This document shows positions 25,708 to 40,426 of a DNA stretch of 64,000 bases, piece by piece; the stretch's first letter is position 1, and the number at the start of each line of letters is the position of its first letter. Origin of the DNA: Lytechinus pictus (lineage: Eukaryota); NCBI RefSeq assembly GCF_037042905.1, contig NC_087247.1:17794001-17858000 (forward strand), written 5' to 3'. The notes beneath the pieces are model-generated. The model saw nothing but the letters and a program-made list of their open reading frames with translations. It did not search any database and had not been told where the DNA came from. The position numbers and the translations under genes are program-made.

Positions 25708-27509
25708 TAATATGCCTGTTAAGCCTTAATACAAAATATTTTATAAACAGCAGAAAGTTTAATGAATATTCTGGAAATACTAATTCCATTTTTTCATAGA
25801 AAGCAGATGCAGATGCTCAGAATATTAATTATCAACCTTATCAAAGGCTCACAACGTTTAGTGACAACACAAATAAGAATATATTTCTTAGAAGTTTTCA
25901 GTATATATATAGAAAGATAATTAAAATATGTGTAAATAGAAATATAATTGTTCACCATATATGTATAAATATTTGTATAATCTGCAATGTCTCTTAATAA
26001 ATTATTTAGTAACTGAAAGCGATGATTTCCAAAAATTCAAATTCTTGTTTTGTAGGAAATGATCATTTAATATGGTTTCTTCTGCTATATTAACACAAAA
26101 CTATAGCAGAAGAAATTGGACTTTTCACATAATATGAAAGATTTGCATTGTCATCGTTGCAACCTGTAAAGTCTATTTGTGATATTATATGACTTGCATG
26201 CATGCTTGAGATAGGCATGTTACAGCTATTGCTGCTAATTTCTCATATTTCCCTAGTAGGCCAACATATTGTCTATTGACAGATGAAGACAGTGGAAAAA
26301 GAACTTACCAGGTAATAGAAGAGCAAAGGGAAATTATCATTTATCTAAATTAATATAGATATATAAGACTTCCGCACCAATCACAAATACCAAACACATC
26401 TTGCACACAGATACAAGCCTCTGATTAAAAAAAAAAAAAAACATGTATATTTCAGTTTTACCATTTTCTACAAAAGCATTCGAAGGGATACATCTTGTAG
26501 TGCTTTATTAAGACATGATCATACTTGTATGCTTTCTCTGTAATTTTTATCATATCACTCCTGCTTCAATTTATGAAAAATTTGAGGGAAAGTTACATAG
26601 TCAAATAAGAGGAATGATCACATATATACTAATGACGGATTTGTTAAACATTAACAGGTGTCTACTCTTCAGAATCAATTAATGGGTGATTTAAAGCCAC
26701 ATACTTACACAGATGGACTAGTAGTGTGGTATGAATAAAGTGAGAACAATAAGCCACAAGAATGGATATATTTAGCTTTGTTCTCTTAAATAGTTATAAT
26801 CTCGATAAAATTCAAAGCTAAAGTGTCAAGCTTTCATGGCAAAGGTATTCATGAGTACTTAAGTCAGCACAGTTGTATGGAGACAAATCCCAAGGAATGA
26901 TTAGCTTTGTCTTTAACATGACATGCTTGGCCATCCAGCAAATCCAAAGCCTTGACCATCAGGAAGAACAGGACACAAGAACACAATTATCCATTTAATA
27001 ATGCAAAGTTGCTATAACATGAAGTTTTTGAGTAAATATTCAAGTTTGGTTTATTAATTCAGCATAGTCAGCTTTTTACAGATTCAGTTGATGTTTGGCG
27101 AAAGAAGTGGGCACACCTTGAAAAATTTCAACCTCATCCCCTAAATTGCTTCATTTGAAAGTGATTTTGTTTTGCTTCAATTCATCTCCTTTTCTGGAGA
27201 CAAAATGCACTTCATTTTGTAAGTGATAAACTTTTTATTGAGAAAGGGGAGGGGTGGTTTGCTGGTCAAATTTTGATGACGAATTGCAACACCTTAATAA
27301 ATCTTGGATCCACGGCTGTAGGCCACACACAATAGCAGAAACTTTAAACTACGACAAAATCTCATGAAAATTCAAGCTAATATAATTCTGTTTCTAAAAC
27401 ACAGCTTCCTAACTTATCAACAACCATCTCCCATCATAATGATTCTTTTGAAAAAAATAACCCTTTGAAATCATTAAGGCGACTTTGCTTAGAACAAGAT
27501 GAGATCTTA

Positions 27510-27800
27510 TTGTTGCGGCCCAGTGGATCAGCCTCCAAACTTTGAAATAGTGGGTTGTGGGTTCGAATCCAGCCATAGGATAATTCTTTAAGCAAGAAAT
27601 CTATACACAATGTGCTTGCACTCAACCCAGGTGAGGTAAATGGTAGCTGGCCGGAAGTAATTCCTCAGAAAGCCGAGTGCATCGGAATCGGTAGCCGAGC
27701 TTAGTTGGAGTATATAAGTAATATATGAGAGCCTTGAGCACCTATCAAGGCAGATACGTGTGCTATACACATACCCTATACTATAATCATTACTATTAAT
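27510..27800 (+). mobile_element. Older diverged copy of the same SINE family
   Basis: GGCCCAGTGGATCAG..GGGTTCGAATCCAGCCAT..CACTCAACCCAGGTGAGGTAAATGG..CCTTGAGCACCTA is colinear with the 5202 copy. Confidence 0.85.
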
Positions 27801-30800
27801 TTGAGGTAGAGAACAATTCAAATACTCTATATATGTTAATGGTCTGTCAAGGTCATATCATTGGTAAATTTACAAATGATCGATTTTTTTAATGCAAAGA
27901 TGATGCATGCAAATTTAAGGAGTACACCATCCAGTTAAAATTACACAGAGAATACTTAAGTGATATAAGAGAAGTGGTGACAATGCACAGGTTTATAATC
28001 CATAATCTGAATAAAACTTTGGTCCGACGGATAAGGTCAGTGTTGCAGGTTGCTGAGCTTGCTGCTTTTTACTTGATGTATCTGAGGTATTATACTAGAG
28101 TAAAGAAGCAGTAATTTATTTCATAAAACATTTAACACATGATGTTCTATTACCTACAAAGTCTAAAATATACATAAACTAAAACAAAACTTAGCATAGT
28201 TTGTTCAATTGCACATGAAGTACGGGGCTTTTATAGAAGATGAATAAAACATATCAGGGGCTGTCTCATGAATCTGATCTTAAAGATTACCAATGAGTTT
28301 ACCAACCAATGGAATGTGAAATGTAATTCAAAATGTTCCCCAAAGTTTGTGGATTAGACAAATAATTCAACAGTGTGGCAAATTTTGTAATTACTACAGA
28401 AAACAGAAAAACAACACATCCCAACTTCAGCTAAACTGATTATGAAAAACCCGATAACTATTGGAATAGCGTGCATGCCACTTAGGAACAGCTGTATGAC
28501 AATGCTTCCTGACATTTGCTCCTGTGACAATTGCTCCAGGCTTTTTTTCATCTTAAGATGTAGGGTTGGGGTTGCAATACGGTTTTATGTTAGGTTTAAG
28601 GTAGGGCACAACGTTGAATCCAGGGTTGAAAATAAATCTTCAGTTGGTGAGTGGATTTGGAGCGGAGCAATTGTCGCCAGAGCATGGAACTATACAAAAC
28701 AATTCCTTTGTGTCTAATTGAATACCATTTTCAATTTTTCAACAAATCAATACAAGAACAACAAAAAATCAAAATAGCAATGAAGAAACATTTCTTAAGG
28801 CTAAAACAAAAGCAGCAATAGTTTGTTTTGAAACACATACTCCCAGATATAAACAAATTTATGGAGTGAAAGACGATTGTTTCCATTACCATTAATTCAT
28901 GTTATTCCTTTCAAAGGGAGAATAGCAAAACATATTTGTGATTGATCACAAATTACCGTTGCAAATCTGCAATCAATGCATCAAAATAGACCATCAGTCA
29001 TCGTAAATTTGCAATTAACATGGATGGATATAGAGCGTATGAAACACATATGCGAAGAGTACACAACGGATACCTAACGTTTTCCAACGGATGGCAAGAT
29101 TCTTTTCCAATTCACATCCTCTCTGCATCCGTTAATGCAGTGGGACCAAGCCTTTATATTCTCTCTAGATCTTCTGACAATGCCAAAAACAATCTGCCAC
29201 AAATATTGCCAATAGAGGGCAGCCTTCTGTTTGATTTGGTTACAAAATGGGGTGCCTTAGTGGCGTGGACGACTGCTCTAAGATGCCTGACTACACCATG
29301 AACGTCCAGGGGTCGATACCTGGCATGGCCATTGACCAAGGCATTTTATCTACATTAAGTGATCTTTTATCTTGCATCAAATAAATGAAAATGCTTTATG
29401 CATTAGTGATGCCAATGCATTATTGATTCCTGGGACTGGTTGCATAAAAGTTACCATTATGGTAACCATTGAATGGTAACTTGCATGGAATGCTTCATTT
29501 TGATTGGCTGATGAGCATTGTTACCATGGCAGTTACCATTGGATGACAAAGTTACTATAATAGTAACCTTTGTGCACTGGGGCCATGGTATGGCACTTAA
29601 GGTCTTGGAGCAAAGGCAAGTTGTCTCCATGTCTCTTTTTATCTTGCATCAAATATTATATCATGTAGGCATAAGTATACAATGTGTGCATATGTTTCAA
29701 AAGAAAATTGCCGCTTTGTAACTGTCAGACAAGGAGAGAACAGAAGATAACATTGGGATTGTAAATGTATAGTTGGTTGCACTCTGTAATTAGTATAGAT
29801 TTCATATCCAGTCCATGCATGCATAGGGCATCACTTGCAGCCTTGTGCAGAGCTATGCTACACTGAAGTGAGTGAACAATAATTATCTACTATGCATAAT
29901 GAATTAATAACAATATCAAACACTTCATGTTTGACTCTATACTGATGATATGAAATACCTTGGAAACAATTACTTGGAAGTTGCAATGCAGTACTAAAAT
30001 ACCTTATTACCGCCTTCTCATTAGATAAATTGGTTCTGCATAGATGTCTCGAGGAATGCAAAACTAAATAAAGAAAGTTGTTTTAATTGACTATGCAATG
30101 ATTCAGGTGCATTGCTATGTCAGTTCATTACTGATCTGTTGGACAATGGCCATAATTAGTCTCTTGTTATCTTATCCTGGCAATCTACCAAAAAGCAACT
30201 CTATTTCTCAACCTACATGAAAATGCATATCCTTGGAAAAAATATGGAGAGGGAAGATTTCATCAGAAGAGGAATGCACTACATTTACAATAAACAACAT
30301 ATGGAAGATCATTTTGGAGATGTTACCAAAAAGATGGGTAATTTGTCACCAAGACAATAGGAAGACTTTTCCTTTGTTCTTTGCAAATCTTGAATTATTG
30401 GATTCAAGGTTCCCTTTCAACCCAAAAGGCAACTTTCTTACCAATATTTTAGTTTGTTGGAGGCAAATCCCAGAGAAGACTTTGAATGGTGACCATATCA
30501 ATGTAAGAAATGTTTATATGTTGTTGATGAAATCTTCATTTTGAAACCCATGTATTTTTTTTTGCAATTCGGCAATAAAATTGAATAAACAGTGTATTTT
30601 CAGTCAAACAGTGTAAAAGGGTAATATTCACGAAAGTTTATTCTCCACAAGTGTTCACAAATTTGGTAATATGGCAGGGATCAATTCAAGCAGCCAATTT
30701 CATTTTAAGTGCAGATGTGACCTTTGTACTCTATTTCTCTATTTCATTGTTACTGGTAAATTTCTTTATGAAGGTGAAACAATTATCAATAACTAATTAC

Positions 30801-32089
30801 AATTACAATTATAATTCACCCAACCAAATGTACAGCCGATCATGATTTTAGGGCGACCTCATTTCAGGAGTTGTGTATAGAGAATGACAGCATTTAGTTT
30901 TACACAGCAAACCACTGAGTACATGAACTTTTATCAAAGTAACACTCTTAATATGATTTAAATTTTTTTTAGAGAGATCTTTATCTTTATGCCACAATAG
31001 GGCATATTCAGAAATGGAGTCAGTATTGGTAATATTACTTGATAACAATTATAATCACAGTTAAGACCCTTCTCATTTGGCAATAATCAGGCAATAATTA
31101 GTATAGCAGGTTAAGAGTGAAGTAAAGTGTTATGGGTACAAGGAGAATGTCATTTCCAGAGCACCATAAAATGAACAAGAAAGTAAATGGGTAAGAAAAA
31201 CAATACATAATGAGGATATACAAAAATTATATGAAGAAAATAATAAGGGATATATTTGACAATGGAAGAAATAGGGAAAGAACAGCAGCTCATTTTTTTT
31301 GCTTCGTTTTTTTTTTTTGCAAGGAGGTGCCTTTTATTTCATTTTAAACATATCTATTCAAGAAACCTTGAGGAGTTGAAGTCAAAGCAATGTAAGATTA
31401 TATTACCCTGTATGATCATAATGAATAGGATTACGTATTAAAAAAAAGTGATGTATATAATATTCTTCAAATAACTGGAATATCTTTTTGGGGGGTTCCA
31501 GTTAAGCTGCATCTTCTATATAGGAGAACCATAATTATTTTTTTGGTACATCTTCACGTAATATTCTTAAGCACTGCCACATCTGTAAGTGCTGGAATGA
31601 TTCTTCAAAGTGGATCACTTTACAACAATGGACTTCCTTAAAAAAAAAACTATATGCAAATTTCAGCTTGTAGTGTAATCATCACATAAAGCATGAACTA
31701 TGTCTCATCAAAGCATGACGGATGTACTCTCTAACTTCAAAATAGAAACATCAAGTAATATCAGCATTAAGTTGTTCTTAAACCCTGCATTAGAATCAAC
31801 AAGCAGCAGTTAACCGAACGGTTATCCACACAATGCTCTGCAACATTTCGTTTAGCCTTTGGACAAGGCCCTGTGTCTGACATAATGTGTATATCAGAAA
31901 CCTGAGTGACTACTAAAATAGCGATCATCTTTAGTGCTTCATGAAAGAGGAATGCAGGAAAGTTTGAAGAGGTTTGGCTGTCCATAACTAGACCATGGTC
32001 AAACTATACCAAGGTCCAGAATAAAGACAAATACTGTAAGCTTAGTGAATGGAAGGACCTCTGGATTTATTCTGATTGGCTCCTCACCA

Positions 32090-32232
32090 TCACAGCTCTG
32101 AGCATCTTGCACAGTTGGTCATGGCCTCATGTTGGTACTTTTCTACTTGGATGGTCATGAAATGTATTCCATATTTTTTTTGTATCATCTTGGATGCTTC
32201 CTGTAAAACGTCTTCGCTATCTGCATCTTCAG
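32090..32232 (-). CDS. SLC30A2: SLC30 zinc transporter last coding exon
   Basis: CAG acceptor. Translates (A)EDADSEDVLQEASKMIQKKYGIHFMTIQVEKYQHEAMTNCARCSEL*, with the TIQVE motif and the terminal CxxC typical of ZnT2/3/8. TGA at 32092-32090. Confidence 0.93.
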
Positions 32233-32440
32233 CTGCAAGAAATAGAAAATAAGAATATCATGTTAGAAGGAAATCAGTTTCACTTGTAAAACAAGAAGTA
32301 AATTTCAAGTAAAAATGAAATTATAAATACAAGTATATGTGCAAAAGCCTTTTTCCCTTCCCCCTCCCTCAAATTGCACTTCACAATATACTTACATAAA
32401 TACATAAATGTTGCTTATCGTTTATTTGTTATCAGCTTTG

Positions 32441-32854
32441 ATGATGATGATGATGCACATCATTTGTATAACGCCATATATCTGTCAAAGACATTTGAAT
32501 GCGCTTTTTTGGAGCCCGCCAAACTGGGTCGCCTAGAAGGGCGCGCACACAGAACTGTGACCCGCAGGTCTCTCCTCCCGATATAACTGAATGGGGAATG
32601 CAGGTGGACCACTACATCGGGGTTTCCCCTACTCTTATTCGAATAGTGCAGTGGATTCTTAACGTGCAAAGATGGTGACTCTCCTCTACACGGGGCCTCC
32701 ATAGTGTTTTCCACTGTTACATAGCCTGCATCTATGAAACAGGGGAGAGACATTTACACACAACGCACTGGCTTCAGTCATCTGCCCAGGTTGGACTCGA
32801 ACGCATGATCTTTAGTTCGACAGGTAGACACTTTACCGACTGAGCCAACTTCGC
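32441..32854 (-). mobile_element. tRNA-derived SINE with Deu-domain-like core
   Basis: Minus-strand head TTGGCTCAGTCGGTAAAG..GTTCGAGTCC. Core CCCCTACTCTTATTCGAATAGTGCAGTGGATTCTTAACGTGCA resembles the DeuSINE domain as recalled. (ATC)n tail. Confidence 0.75.
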
Positions 32855-33914
32855 TTTGTGGAATAATGCTCAAGATTTACCCCTCAGTAAAATGATCATG
32901 TATCAGATTTGTTGAGCTGATTCATGCACATCATATAGTGCGTGTCTAGCAAGTACTGTAGGTGTCAGCGCTTTTACTACAATGTCTAGTTAATTAGAAT
33001 TCACAATCTTAAACATCAATATTAACAATAAAAAAAATTATCTAAGAATTGTATAGTTTTATGCATTTTCTTTTATAAAGAGTGAGAATATCAATGGCCG
33101 CGAGCTTTTTTGACGTAAATATTTTCACTTCACATGTAATATAAAACAATATAAGCAAACATGAAACGTTTGAAGTGAATCACTTTTTTTCCGTTCATAC
33201 GAGAGAGCCCAAATATATTGTATTTTAATACTAATGATGTTCCCTTTTGCAAAATATGCAAATAAAATAAATGGAAAAGTGAATAAAGAAATAACACTAT
33301 CAAACACTTTTTTCAATAACAGAAATTATCTTACATAATTACCAGAAGGTTATTCTTTCTTTGTCATAAAACTCATTGACACAGTGTTCCTAATAAAAAA
33401 TAATTTATGAAAGAAATTGGTATCATGGGAAAATATCTCAAATCCTAAAAAATTCATTTGAGTTTCCATTGCTTCTGGTTATAAGAAGTCAAAACAACAA
33501 ATTAATGAGGCAGGCTCATGAGGCCATCAGTATATCAAATAGCACATGTACTGTACATACATATATGCATTCTGTAGGTAAGGATTGAACAGGAAGCCTT
33601 GTATTAGCAAAATGTACAACTTCAACTATAATTGACATTGTCTACTGACAAATCCATTGGAAAAAATCACAATATTGACTGGATTAAATAGCGCCTTCCC
33701 AACATCTGTAGGGAATGAGAAGATCTAAAAATATCCACGGTAATCCCTTGACTGTATGAATGAATCCAGTCTAACCTCAAGTTAATCAAGAAAAACATGG
33801 GAGTCATTTGGACACACATCATAAGGGGAACTGTATACCATACCAATGCAACAGCTGCATGAACATAGAATGTTGATGCATACCTGTAGACAAGCATGTT
33901 TTTTTTTTTTTTTT

Positions 33915-34338
33915 CTAATTCGTCTAATGCCAATTCGTCCAACGCCAATTCGTCCAATTGCCAACTCGTCTACTATCATTTGGTCTACCATCAGTTCGTC
34001 CACTCAACACATGGTCTACTAATAGCCTAATGCCATTCCGTCTAATAACCAGCTGGTTCAATAGCCATTTAGTCCATATACATGTACCATTTGGCCTAAT
34101 TGGACTATGCGTTAAATTGTGCAAAATGAATGAAAATGAAATGGATATTAGACCAATATTAGAGACGTAATGGTCATAGACAAAATGGTCATTAGACGAA
34201 GTTATGATTGGACCAAAATGTTAATGGACCAAATGGTTGTTAGACAAAATGTTGATGGACAGAATGGCATAAGACTAAATGAAAGTAGACCACGTGGTGA
34301 TTGAATGAGTTCGCAGTAGACAAATGGGCAATTTACCG
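33915..34338. mobile_element. Foldback-like MITE built from ~15-bp units
   Basis: GTCTA/GTCCA-type units on the left are mirrored by TAGAC/TGGAC units on the right. Confidence 0.75.
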
Positions 34339-37155
34339 TTTTGTCATGTACTCTCTGACTTCAGTGCAGTTGAGTAATCTGCTTCCATTTTTAAAAGTGA
34401 GTTTTAATTTGAGGGGTCATGTCTCTCAGATTGCGTCCTCACAATAAGCTCCACAACTTTATTCCATGGCGACTAACATCATGACTTGAACAAATTTTAT
34501 TCATCAGGGTAGAGGCCATTAAGAGCTCTATTTAATCTGAAACGTTTGTTTGATTACATGCTGTTAAAGAGTGTTAAAATTGACTGCATAGCTGCCCTAC
34601 ATTTGATGATGATGATCAACACCAAGAAGAAGAAAAAGAAGATGAATATATATTTTCATTCCATGTTTGACACATTTATCTGAAATTCATGTGTATCAAA
34701 ACAAAACACATATTACAGTGAAGGGTGTAAAGTATTAGTATTTGGTGAATCAAGATGGAATGACCCTTAGCATCCATTCAATATATTATCATATGTTATT
34801 TCAAACAGAAGACAAATATTTCCAGTCAGTATGAATCATATTGCACATAACAAATGAGGTAACAGCTGGTATGTAGCAAGTGCTTTGTATCCTCAGGCAA
34901 AATGCGCTATAAAATCCAGCTATTATAATATTATCATTATTGTTATGTTATGTCACAAATAAAAAAATTTAAAAAAAGCATTATACTTTCGTGGATTTTT
35001 GCCAAACTATATTCAGTTATTATCAGTAATGTTTCATTTTTTCTGCTTTTATACAGAAAAAAAAAAAACTTGATGTCAGGGTGAACTCCCCTGGGTTTCC
35101 ATTGTTATTATGACAGGCAATGTGCATCTCTAAGTCAATGCCTGCAAAAAAGTTTCCCCAGTTACAGGCTGAATATTTACGATGATCACATGCTGAGCAT
35201 GCATTGTGGAAGTAATTGGATTATCAAAGAAGATATTCTGAGGAGTTTGCTCTCTCCATGGGTTGTATGACTTTAAAGTCAGTCATGTATGAATTGTACA
35301 ACCTAAAATAAATAAATATTTGCTCCCTCATTAATTTCATCTGTTCTTCTTATGTATTCAACTGTAATGTGATTGTAACCATTATTCATTCGCTTACAAG
35401 CAGTCACTCTTTTTTTCTTAAAGAGGTGAGGCGAGGTTATCCCGGGATAGTTTATCATGGGTGCGAACATTCACTCTGAAGGCAACACCTCTACAGTCTG
35501 GGGACTGTACCATTGTTTGAGGCCACTGTGAATAGGGTAAAATTATCTTACCCTAGCCTGGTGGTTCTACAAGCAGCCCTAAAAGGGCGGACATATTTTA
35601 GCCCAATGTTTTTCAGCAATTCAAAATGATTAGTATGGTGCAGGTGCAGATAACTATTTAATGAAACGGGTAGGAAAAGAAAACACCAGAGGGCAGGCCT
35701 GAAATGACAGGAGTGACTGAGTATTATACTTCTTCAAAGCAATCGCATAAGCATTCTTTTTAATGTCAAAGAGCCATGAGAAAAATGCAACCTGGGTTTG
35801 GGATGATAAGAAATGTTAATACCATAAACTAGGTGCTTTCATACCCGCTTGATAAAAAAAAATATGTCATAGTCGCAGGAATATTTGCAGTGTACTAAAA
35901 TAAAATTAGTTCTACAAGAAATTCAAATGTGACGTAAGTTACGAATGTAATGATCTTTAAAATATAAATGCGCGAGACTTGATTTCGGTTATTATCTACC
36001 AGACCTCTGGTTCAGGTGGCTGTGAAGAGAAAATAAATCATCATGTATGATGAGGCCTGAATAGGTTCTAATTACTAACAGGTATACCTGTGAGTGGGTA
36101 GTATTGTGTAGTTTGTTTGAAGCCACCCGACCCATGGGATTGTTTGGAAAATGCCTCTGTGGTTTTCATTTTAATACCTGATGTTTATAGCGAAAGCAAA
36201 TCAGGAATTTATGAAAAAAAAAATATTCTGTCTTCTTTGTATTGTACGGTGATATACATGCACAAATATTTTCTAATGAAAAAAAAAATACTTGCATTTT
36301 TGGGAGTCTAACTCATGGCAACAGGAATCAGAATGTATTCAAAGCCAACAATAATAAAGAAAGGAAGAAGTCAAACTCAAAAGTGACTTCATGTCCGTAA
36401 CATATTTTTATCAGCTTATCTCAAAGAGCACACTGTACATGCCACGCATTTACAGTAAAGTTCCATGTTCTATGACGAATAAAGTTTGCACACTAAATGG
36501 CCAGCAAAGCTACATTATGTAGTGGAAATCTAAACTGATCCATTTAAGATCATTTGATTACTTTAAAGTTGTGGTAGTCTTTAACCTAATTAAACCAATA
36601 TCAATCACTAAAACCTTGTTGACATGTATATACTCTAGGCCTTTTACACCTTATGCAAAACTCAAGCAGCAATTCACAATAACCTTTAGAATCATCCAGC
36701 TTAAGTTAAGACTTAATACCTACCTAACTCCCCTCCTCCCCCCGCGCCACTTTTTACAACTAACATAATCTTACTGGGGAAATCCACTGGTTGGCTTCGA
36801 TAAAAACAGGAAAATGTGACAAAATATTTTGTTCACAGAAGCATATTTGGAAATAAATTGTGTCTGATTGTATTTACAAAAGGTTTAATCAATTTCAATT
36901 TTGTGAGAGAAAAAAAAAACTCTATGGATTTTATATTTAACCCCTTTTGACTTTTATATGAACACCAACCTGATGTCATGGTGGATTCCACTTTTAAAAA
37001 AAATGAACACTTCATGGAAATGTTTCATGAAACAAAGAGTCAGTGATCTTCACTGACTAATTTGTTCTGGACCAATCAGATGCAAGGATTTCAGTAGCTA
37101 GTAACAGTTGTCTACCAACTATTAGCTTTCTGAAACCCTCCCCATATTAACTTAC

Positions 37156-37290
37156 CTTTTGCTAGGTGTACTGCTATGGCTGCTTTGGATGTTGTCAAGC
37201 TCCATACATGAAGACTATGAGCAAATTTGACTCCTGGTAATGTATCTAAATCATTCTTAAGAGTTGGATAATTGATATGTCTGGGTACAC
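37156..37290 (-). CDS. SLC30A2: SLC30 zinc transporter exon (cytosolic C-terminal domain), 135 bp
   Basis: CAG acceptor, GTAAG donor. Translates (G)VPRHINYPTLKNDLDTLPGVKFAHSLHVWSLTTSKAAIAVHLAK. Confidence 0.95.
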
Positions 37291-38840
37291 CTGCAAATTT
37301 AAAAAAACACAAGCATCAATCACACAGAAAATTACATATTTTCGTATATACATGTAAATGTCCAGTGCACCATTCAGGAGGCATTTCTGCTGAAATTAGT
37401 TAGACTTTTTTGTTCTTGATTTAGCAATCATACATGATATATGTTTAGAAAGAGAAAAAAATGTTTTGAAAGATTTGTTCCATTTCCAGTGAATTTGCTG
37501 TGCAGTTTATGAATAAACTTTTGATCCCAACATTCTCTTTAATTGAGAATGAAAATAGCACATCACATTAAGAATGCAAACAGACAATTTTTCACATAAC
37601 ACTATCATTTACTCTGACCCATGTTATTTAATCTTTTCTACTTAAAATATGAAGGTGAGCCAACTATTCGAAAATCAACAGTCGTTTCCAATATTTGAAG
37701 GCAAAGCAGATTAAACTAGGCCTTATAGGAAAGTGACTTTATCAAAGGTCAACACCAATATCAAAGAAGATGCATGTGCATTCACATTTACATCTATAAA
37801 CATGAATGAAATACAGAAGAGTTTGCCACTGATTGAAGAAGGTGCACTTATGTATTAAACCCCATTAATACACTGATCACCAAAACCTCTATAGAATTTA
37901 TTCTTCCTGTTATCCATAATCAAAAGGTATTAATAGAAATTTTCAACACACAGGTATGTGTTACAAGGTCTATACTACTGTTTATTATTTTGGTTAGTAA
38001 ATCAATTTTTTAGTGAGGCATTAGACTCAATCATCTATAGCTTCTTCCCATTTTACATTTCCTGTACATATTTCCAGTACATGTTATGTCCATACATGAC
38101 TAATACAAATACAAAGACATGCTGTAACTTTGCCATGTCTACATGTACATGTATACAACTTTGTCTTAGATTAGAAAATTACACCATACAGTTTTGAAAG
38201 TAGGGAGTGGGGAGGGGGCTGACCATGCAAGAAAATCACAATCAGATGGTCATTTTTGTCCAGTTTTGGGGAAAAAAAAGTGGGGGAGGGGCTGAAACCC
38301 TCCCAGTCCTCTGGTTCCACAGCCCCTGTAAAAATTCACTGAGCTTTCACTCAAGGATGAGACAGTCTCTTTGGGAAGACTGTGCAAGAAATATTGACCC
38401 TGGTTCATAAAAACTTGTTTTTAAAGAAATTATAAAAAACTATATGTATGAAAAAATTGCATGTGTGTATAATCTGTCTCCTTTATAATAAAACTAATTT
38501 CAGCAATGAATATCTAATGCACTATAAATCAGTTGTCATTCCATTTTTCTTTTTATTCTTGAAGGAAAAAAATTTGAATAAACATAATTTCATAAAATAA
38601 AATACAAAAAACAAGTGGAGATATGACATCACCAGTTTGGTCATTGAATATTCATGAAGACATGCATCAAACTGTTTCAGTGAATATCTTAAAAATGTCA
38701 TAACTTTTTTTAATCCTTGTCCAATTTTGATCAGTGTTTTGTTTGTCTGACTTTTATCTGTTCAAATCATATTACTTTTACTTTCAGCCTGGAGTACCCC
38801 TTACTCCCACTACTTATCATATCTTGGCTTTTACACTTAC

Positions 38841-38946
38841 CTTCCATTAAAACATTGAGAGCATCTCTTAATACAGTAAGAGTTGTGATGAGTACTAAGA
38901 TGGAAAACAAAAATGTACAGATAGGATCCGCAATCTTCCAGTCAGA
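38841..38946 (-). CDS. SLC30A2: SLC30 zinc transporter exon (TM6), 106 bp
   Basis: CAG acceptor, GTAAGT donor. Translates SDWKIADPICTFLFSILVLITTLTVLRDALNVLME(G). Confidence 0.95.
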
Positions 38947-39283
38947 CTGTTGATGAAAATAAAGAAAGAATAATGAAGTTAACAGGGAAAATATACTATA
39001 TGGTAAAAGCTTTTTGAACTCATTTTTTTTTCATTCATAAGTTACGCAACTTTATAAACGAAATGTAAATTTATATTGTTGATGTGAAAATGAGAATTGA
39101 CTAGTGGACCAGACTATCTCCTTGTAATATCATCACGAATTTTGAGTGAGGTTCAGCTTCAGCATTTGGGGAAAATCCAGTGCAACACCTTTCCCTTCCT
39201 AAACTCTGGACAATATCTGCACCTGTACATGAACACAATGGGGATTAGGAAATTCAGCAAAGCTATGGAGTAACTTTTGTTAA

Positions 39284-39707
39284 AGTGGAAGTTCACCCTG
39301 AAGAAAAGTTTGTTGTTATAAAAATAATTTAAAATATTGGTGAAGGTTTGAGAAAAATCCATTGATTATTAAGAAAGTTACTAAAATTTAAAGATTTGGA
39401 TCTGTGACATCATAAACGAGCAGCTGCCCCATATAAAATGCATATATTTCAATTTTTGTATGGTTCGTGATTACTTATTTTTGTCTGCATTTTAGAAACA
39501 GATGTAAAATTATTTGTCAATTAATATACATGTACTGAAGGTAGAGTAAAAACCGTGAAAGCTGCTCGCATATGACATCACAGATCAAATAAAAATTCTT
39601 TTAAAAAATTATTCTTTGATGGATTTTTATAAAACCTTTGCAAGTACTTTTATTATTATTTTCTGCTATTTTTACAATAAACTTTTTGTCAGGGTGACCT
39701 TCCCCTT
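39284..39707. mobile_element. TTAA-flanked MITE (Kolobok-like)
   Basis: TTAA-AGTGGAAGTTCACCCTGA ... TCAGGGTGACCTTCCCCT..TTAA, with long imperfect arms. Confidence 0.75.
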
Positions 39708-40195
39708 TTAATTTCTATTTAGCCTAAAAGACTTGCCAACAGAACTTATTTTTGTTGAGTGTTATATCTACAAATAGAGTTATGTACATATTAAACACAC
39801 AATGTTTTGTTTCTTTTTAGAAATGGATGTAAAATTATTTGTCTATTGATATACTGAAGGTATTTCAACAGAATTTATTTTTGTTGAATGTAATGTCTAC
39901 AAATAGAGTTATGTACATGAACATATTAAACACATTATGTTTTTGTTTTCTCAAATCATATAAATATTTTCACACAAGGTTCAGAAATACATTGTGAAGC
40001 TACATGTATCAAGGGCAGCTAAACAGAATTTAGACAATGCTCCCTTCAAATGTTGACAGTGCTTTCTTCATAACATAAAAGGTAATAAAAAAAAAACATT
40101 ATCTTGTAACTAAATGTTTCCCCTAGAATCTCACAGCCATGTTAGTTTGAAATCTCAAAGACCTTTGAATCCAAGGTTGCATATAATTATGCACG

Positions 40196-40426
40196 CACTG
40201 CAAAAACGCTGGTGTAAATTAAACACCAGCCTGGTTTCTATATCGGTACACACCAAAGAGGTGTTGAAACAACACCAGTTAAGAATCGAACCCATATCGG
40301 TTTAACACTTATTGATGTTGCTTAAATGCCACATTGGTGTAAGCCTATCACAAAACTGGTGTTGTTTCAACACCTCTCTGGTGTGGAACAATATAGATAT
40401 AAATTTATAACGGCGTTTTTGCAGCG
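40196..40426. mobile_element. Palindromic MITE with CACTG terminus (CACTA/EnSpm-like)
   Basis: CACTGCAAAAACGC ... GCGTTTTTGCAGCG, with internal AGAGGTGTTGAAACAACACCAGTT and its inverse. Confidence 0.8.

Larger units (their letters stand above)
25040..32089 (-). other. Putative long 3' UTR of the zinc transporter
   Basis: No ORFs of note. Two minus-strand AATAAA at 25063-25068 and 25044-25049 are followed by a T/GT-rich tract. A proximal AATAAA lies at 32066-32071. The extent is inferred without transcript data. Confidence 0.4.

Noticed and set aside
32084-32092. Two in-frame TGA codons (TGA TGG TGA) suggesting selenocysteine or readthrough
   Set aside because: The protein already ends at the normal family position after CxxC, and no SECIS was recognised.
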